This document shows positions 59,520-64,000 of a DNA stretch of 64,000 nt, one piece after another. Both the position numbers and the translations under genes were made by a program. The stretch comes from Bacilli bacterium (GTDB lineage: Bacteria > Bacillota_I > Bacilli_A > RFN20 > CAG-449): NCBI GenBank assembly GCA_900755065.1, contig CAAEFC010000012.1, positions 198-64,197 of the forward strand, in the 5' to 3' direction. The notes beneath the pieces are model-generated. The model was not told where the DNA came from. It did no database searches and saw only the letters and a program-made list of their open reading frames with translations. Each line of letters begins with the position of its first letter. The first letter of the stretch is position 1.

Positions 59520-61562
59520 TCAGTTTTTCTGCAAATGCAGAACGAATCCGCCGTTTTTGACTAAACTCAGATTTTCCTTGTCCGCGCGTGTCAGCGTTTT
59601 ACTCGATTTGACGATGCTCTTGTAATCGTCGCCGTCGGTGTAGACCGTCGCGGTGTAGGAACCTTCGTCCAGGAACGAAAGATCGATTTCGACGTCGCGT
59701 TCGAGAACCGCGTTGATGCCGGCGATGAACCAGTCGTTCCCCTTTCTCCTCGCGACGATGAAATAGCCGTCGAGTTCTCCGCCGATGTAGACCATATCGT
59801 CGTAAGTCGCCGGAAGCGCCTTATAGAACGCGTTGTATTCTTCTTTGGCATACGTCGAGGCATAATCCGCCATAGACGGCGCGCCCGACTCGTAAAGCAC
59901 GGCAAGAGCCATCTGATGACCGACCGTCATTCCCTTGCTCAAAGGGGAAACCACCGGCGTGAAATCGCTCGGACCGACGATCGCGCGGGTGAACATCGAA
60001 TTGACCGTGATCGAAGAATCGACGCTCTTGAATTCGTTGCCGCGAACCCCTTCGCGATTGATCACGTGCGGGTAAACTCTCCGCTCGCCCGTCGGCTTGT
60101 TCGAGCCGTGACAATTGACGACCATCTGCAATTTCGCGGTTTCCTGATAAATGGTTTCGTACCATTTGATCGTCTCGATATCCTCGCCCTGATGGCTCGG
60201 ATTCGTCGCGTTCTGTCCGTCGAAGAAGTCGATCTTGATTCCGTCGACGCCGTAACTCTTCCAGGTCCGGAGTTTCTGGATCAGAAGCGCTTCGCTTCCG
60301 TTGGCGAAATCCGTCAGCGCGTTGCACCAGACGAGAACTTTGACGTTTCTTTCATGCGCATACTGCACGAATTCTTTAAAAGCCGTGACATCGAGCGAGG
60401 AATTCCACCCGCCGTCGAGAATCGTATAAGTCCAGCCCATCGACTGGGCCAGATCGACGTATTCCCGTTGCAGATCGTAATCGTTCTGCGGCTTGGTTCC
60501 GGTATAGATCAGCCAGTTCCACGCGGTAACGCCCGGTTCCACCCAATCGTAATCGTAAATCTTCTTTTCTTCTTCGCTGAGCGTGTCGTAATCGTCCGGC
60601 TTGTAGTATTCCGCATCGTCGTAGACTTTTTCGACCAATTCGCTTTCCGTGACTTCTTTCAGCGTTCCGGTGATTCCCACCCGCCATGGCGAGGTGAACG
60701 GATACGCGACGACGTTGTCCGGATTGGCGACGCCGGCCGGCGAATGAACGGTTTGGAGAATCCCCGTTTCCTCGTATTCGCTCGGTTCTTTCAGGAAAGA
60801 GCCGTAGTAGCCGCTTCCGATGAGACCGGATTCGGTGATCAGCGAATACAGATCGCTTTTTCCCGCCTGATAGAGCATCGGCATCGAAATGTATTTTCCC
60901 GAAAGACTCGCGCTCTTTCTCCGCGTGTAGGCTTCTTCGTAAGAGAAGCAGTTCAATCCCGATGTATTCGTGGTATACGGCTGAATCCACGTCGTCGAAC
61001 TTTCCGGCAAAGCGAAGAACGAATTCTCGTTGAGAACGGTGAACGTCCCCTCGCTTCCGTCGGATTTGTAAATATCGTATCGGAACGCATAGCCGTCGTC
61101 GTAGGCCCGCATCGTCAGATCGAGCGCGAATTCAAGCCCGTTCAGCGTCAGCACGATTTCGTTGAAGGCGTCTTCGACTTCGCTGTGGCGTCCCGAAATA
61201 TTGGAATAGGTCAGCGAGACCGACCGCCTTTCGATCTTTTCAAACGTCAGCATCTGACTCAGATTTTCTTCTTCGAGTTCAAATCCTAACGACGAATTCT
61301 CGACGATCGGCACTTCGTTCTTCCGGACGCTGTACGATAAACTTCCGAAGTCGTCGAGAACGACCTGCGCTTTCAACGCCGAATCCGGCGATTCCACTTC
61401 AAAGATCTGTCCGCTGACGAGACTCCCGGAGGAAGACGACGAAGACGGGTTTTCTTCTGACGACATTCCCTCCGAAGAAGAAGGGGTTTTGTTTCCCGAG
61501 CAACCGCCTAAAAACAGCGCCGCCAGAAGGAAGAGATTCAGGGTTTTTGTTCGTTTACTCAT
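59520..61562 (-). CDS. Glycoside hydrolase family 97-like lipoprotein (alpha-glucosidase/alpha-galactosidase type)
   Basis: Lipobox LFLGGCSG. Central TIM-barrel blocks (YGVDGIKIDFFDGQ and NCHGSNKPTGERRVYPHVINREGVRGNEF) resemble GH97 signatures. 680 aa. Confidence 0.65.
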   Translation of the reverse strand: MSKRTKTLNLFLLAALFLGGCSGNKTPSSSEGMSSEENPSSSSSSGSLVSGQIFEVESPDSALKAQVVLDDFGSLSYSVRKNEVPIVENSSLGFELEEENLSQMLTFEKIERRSVSLTYSNISGRHSEVEDAFNEIVLTLNGLEFALDLTMRAYDDGYAFRYDIYKSDGSEGTFTVLNENSFFALPESSTTWIQPYTTNTSGLNCFSYEEAYTRRKSASLSGKYISMPMLYQAGKSDLYSLITESGLIGSGYYGSFLKEPSEYEETGILQTVHSPAGVANPDNVVAYPFTSPWRVGITGTLKEVTESELVEKVYDDAEYYKPDDYDTLSEEEKKIYDYDWVEPGVTAWNWLIYTGTKPQNDYDLQREYVDLAQSMGWTYTILDGGWNSSLDVTAFKEFVQYAHERNVKVLVWCNALTDFANGSEALLIQKLRTWKSYGVDGIKIDFFDGQNATNPSHQGEDIETIKWYETIYQETAKLQMVVNCHGSNKPTGERRVYPHVINREGVRGNEFKSVDSSITVNSMFTRAIVGPSDFTPVVSPLSKGMTVGHQMALAVLYESGAPSMADYASTYAKEEYNAFYKALPATYDDMVYIGGELDGYFIVARRKGNDWFIAGINAVLERDVEIDLSFLDEGSYTATVYTDGDDYKSIVKSSKTLTRADKENLSLVKNGGFVLHLQKN

Positions 61563-61577
61563 CTTGCACCTCCCCGA

Positions 61578-63440
61578 TTACAATTGAGGAACGATGCTTT
61601 CTTTCAAAGCGTCGACCGTGATCGGCACCATTTCGTCGGTTTCTTCGTCCAGCAAACTGAGGAGAAGTCCTTCCGCCGCCGTCTGGTTGAAAATATTCTT
61701 TTCGTTGACGTGTCCGTCGAACGTGATGAAGTTTTCCGGATCGCCGATTTGTTTCAATAATTGAACGTAACTGTTGGTCGAATTCTGGAAATCTGCCGAT
61801 TCGACGACGTCTTTCCGAAGCGGATACCAGCCTACCTTGCCGAAATCGCCCGAATTCCGACTGACGTAATCGACGAATTTCGCCGCGGCCGCCAACTGGG
61901 TCAGTCCGACGTTTTTCGCCTTGTAGAATTCAAAGCCGACCTGTTGCAACGGAATCGCGTTGACCGCCGTTTTGTCTTTGTCGGCGAAGAGTCCGCTGAT
62001 CGAAAGAACCCCCATTTTCGCGCTTTGCTGAATCACCGTCGCCGAACTCGCCGGAATGTTGATGAGTCCTACAAGCGCGCTGCCTTCCTGAACCTTGTTC
62101 ATCGCGGTCGTATCGTAATATTCGCTTTCCGGTCCGATCGCTCCGCCGCCGCAATAGCCGCCCGCGCCGAAGAGATCGTAGAAATTCTGCATCGCCGTCG
62201 TGGCATCGCTTAACGTTTCGGAACCCTCGTTCCACTCGTTGACGTAAGCGCCGTCCTTATAGACGTAATACGGTGCGTCGTTCTGGAAGAACGTCGTCGC
62301 GCAAGCCCCTTCCTTGAACGTCCAACTCCGGTTGGTTACGATCGATTTGAAGTCGGTTTTCGTCGCGATTTCCCCGTCATATGCCTTTTTTAAAAGCGCC
62401 TTGTATTCGGAATAGCAGGTTGGCAAAGCCGCATCGCCGTTGTATTTGCTCATCAGTTCTTTATTGTAGATCAGATACGGAACACCGCCCATGATCGGAA
62501 CCGAATAGAGCGAATCCTCGACGTAATTCTCTTTGATCGCTCCGGCATAATAATCGGAAGCGGATAAATCAAGACCCGCAAGAGCGAAGACGTCCGTCGC
62601 TTTATAATAGGTAGTATAGGTCCGGTTGACTTCCGGCGTTTGCTGGAAGCGCAGGCTGTAATCGTTCTGCGAGGTCAGTTCGGTGCTGAGCATGATCTTG
62701 ATCTGATCCTTGTATTCGGTATTGAACTTGCTGACCAGCGTCTGCAACGTAGTTTTCGTGCCGAAATCCGCGCCGACGTAAACGCCGACCACGACATTGT
62801 CGTAGACGATATTGCCTGCTTCGTCGCGTTCGATGCTCGAATCGAGCGTGTAACCCGCGTACAGGGTGAGATTCCCCGTAACGACGTCGGTGGAGAAATT
62901 CCACGCGTTCTGGCATTCCGGATCGGTGTACCAACCCGCATATTCCATGCCTAATCGCGGACATTCCGGAATCAGCGTCGGATCGATGGTCGTCTGTTCT
63001 TCGACTTTCACGGAAGCCGGTTCGCCCGCGCCTTCGTAATTGTAGTCGAGCGTAACGTCGTATTTTTCCGCGTTTTTCGTCCAGGAAGCGTATAGCGTCA
63101 GATCCGCATAGATGTATTGCGAGAAATCGAACGGCGTCACGCATTCTTTTTCTTCGTACCAGCCGTCCAGCGTATGCCCGCTTCGGGTCGCCCGCCAATT
63201 GGTCGCGCGGGTTCCCGCCGGAACGCTGACCGTCCGCGTCGTTCCCCCTTCATAGTTGAGGTCGTAGGTCACGCTGTACGCGCTTTTCGTTTCCGAAGAC
63301 AAAATCTCCGAAGAAGGGGAGTCCGAAGCCGGCGTGTTTGAAGAAAGACTCGACGAAGGGCCTTTTTTGCTTCCGCATCCGGCGAGGGACAGGATCGTGG
63401 TTCCTGCAAGTAAGCAAAGATAAATTTTAGATTTTTTCAT
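61578..63440 (-). CDS. Lipoprotein with two Listeria-Bacteroides (Flg_new/InlB B-repeat type) repeats fused to a solute-binding-protein-like domain
   Basis: Lipobox LSLAGCGS. Repeats: YSVTYDLNYEGG...GHTLDGWYEEKECVTPFDF...DLTLYASW and YDVTLDYNYEGA...GMEYAGWYTDPECQNAWNF...NLTLYAGY. The C-terminal 400 aa are SBP-like. Confidence 0.7.
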   Translation of the reverse strand: MKKSKIYLCLLAGTTILSLAGCGSKKGPSSSLSSNTPASDSPSSEILSSETKSAYSVTYDLNYEGGTTRTVSVPAGTRATNWRATRSGHTLDGWYEEKECVTPFDFSQYIYADLTLYASWTKNAEKYDVTLDYNYEGAGEPASVKVEEQTTIDPTLIPECPRLGMEYAGWYTDPECQNAWNFSTDVVTGNLTLYAGYTLDSSIERDEAGNIVYDNVVVGVYVGADFGTKTTLQTLVSKFNTEYKDQIKIMLSTELTSQNDYSLRFQQTPEVNRTYTTYYKATDVFALAGLDLSASDYYAGAIKENYVEDSLYSVPIMGGVPYLIYNKELMSKYNGDAALPTCYSEYKALLKKAYDGEIATKTDFKSIVTNRSWTFKEGACATTFFQNDAPYYVYKDGAYVNEWNEGSETLSDATTAMQNFYDLFGAGGYCGGGAIGPESEYYDTTAMNKVQEGSALVGLINIPASSATVIQQSAKMGVLSISGLFADKDKTAVNAIPLQQVGFEFYKAKNVGLTQLAAAAKFVDYVSRNSGDFGKVGWYPLRKDVVESADFQNSTNSYVQLLKQIGDPENFITFDGHVNEKNIFNQTAAEGLLLSLLDEETDEMVPITVDALKESIVPQL

Positions 63441-63519
63441 AATTCAACACTCCTTCTTTACACTCATTATAAATCCCGTGGTAGCGGTTTCGTAACATTA
63501 TTTTTAATGGGGTTTTCCG

Positions 63520-64000
63520 TTAAATCGACGGAAGAGGAAGCATTTCCATCCGCTTCATGTCGTCGTCGAGTTCGGCGAAGCAGAGAATGCGCGGCTGATC
63601 GATTTTCTTCCTTCCGTGAAAACAGCACAGGTACTTCTGATTCCGCATCGTGAACGAACAATGCCCGATCGAACAGATATCGTAGACGTTCGGCTTCGGC
63701 CCGATCGGATTGCCGCGAAACTTGGCGAACGGTCCTAACGGCGAAGACGACACGGCGACGCCCAGATCGTAATTCTCTTCCTGGTAGCAGTTCGCGGAAT
63801 AATACAGATAGTAGACCTTCCGCTGATTTTCGACGCGCGGAAGAATGAAACTCCCCTCGCACCACCTGCGGTTATGCCGGCGGAATTTCCGGAAATCGGA
63901 AACGTTGAAGTTTTCCCATTCCTGCGGTTCCTGCCGATAGGACAGGATTTCGCGGTATCCGTCCTTATTCTGCCCGTAAACGTGCTTATAGGCGCTTTTC
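63520..64000 (-). CDS. GH43-like beta-propeller glycoside hydrolase, C-terminal part; the gene runs off the right edge
   Basis: Manual translation of the frame open to the edge gives ...WCEGSFILPRVENQRKVYYLYYSANCYQEENYDLGVAVSSSPLGPFAKFRGNPI...PLPSI*. The EG(P/S)-x-(YYL)YYSA...Y..GVA.S.SPLGPF pattern is typical of GH43-type propellers. The ORF-track 63467-63865 frame is a shadow. Confidence 0.55.
   Translation of the reverse strand, partial: KSAYKHVYGQNKDGYREILSYRQEPQEWENFNVSDFRKFRRHNRRWCEGSFILPRVENQRKVYYLYYSANCYQEENYDLGVAVSSSPLGPFAKFRGNPIGPKPNVYDICSIGHCSFTMRNQKYLCCFHGRKKIDQPRILCFAELDDDMKRMEMLPLPSI

Overview
This 64-kb chromosomal window comes from a Bacillota-type genome that uses the standard genetic code: TGA, TAA and TAG all terminate clear genes. 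Almost all genes are on the minus strand. The conserved backbone is rpmG-secE-nusG, rplK-rplA-rplJ-rplL-rpoB-rpoC-tdk, secG-rnr-smpB, tyrS, hpt, mscL and tmRNA (ssrA). The transport and carbohydrate content has three parts. First, a complete oppABCDF operon in which OppA, OppC and both ATPases are much larger than canonical. Second, a glycan-utilisation locus at the right end: a partial GH43-like gene, a repeat-bearing SBP, GH97, a second SBP, two permeases and an insertion-bearing MsmX-like ATPase, followed by a MATE pump. Third, a GH16 lipoprotein, a partial permease and a divergent SBP at the left end. Three cis-regulatory RNAs can be read by eye: a TPP riboswitch before thiT, a THF riboswitch before a folT-like fusion gene, and a Tyr T-box before tyrS. 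Three visibly AT-rich accessory patches interrupt the roughly 50 percent GC backbone. Patch (i), about 8.2-12.2 kb, ends at the ssrA terminator and carries a frameshifted alkD-like gene, a lipoprotein, TfoX_N, a PNPOx-like protein, and a DUF4143-type AAA ATPase preceded by three exactly phased 14-bp repeats. Patch (ii), about 21.5-22.7 kb, holds a YhcG/PDDEXK gene broken by one in-frame TAG. Patch (iii), about 37.7-40.1 kb, holds a secreted papain-fold (C39-like) cysteine peptidase with a Cys/His-rich tail, translationally coupled to a lipoprotein and next to an orphan response regulator. I saw no CRISPR array, tRNA, rRNA, transposase or integrase. The best candidates for something undescribed are the peptidase-lipoprotein module, the riboswitch-controlled FolT fusion, the small membrane gene behind thiT, and the unknown ORF coupled to smpB. 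All family assignments rest on motif recognition by eye, not on database searches. The enlarged ABC ATPases suggest a Mollicutes/Erysipelotrichia-related lineage, but that is inference only.
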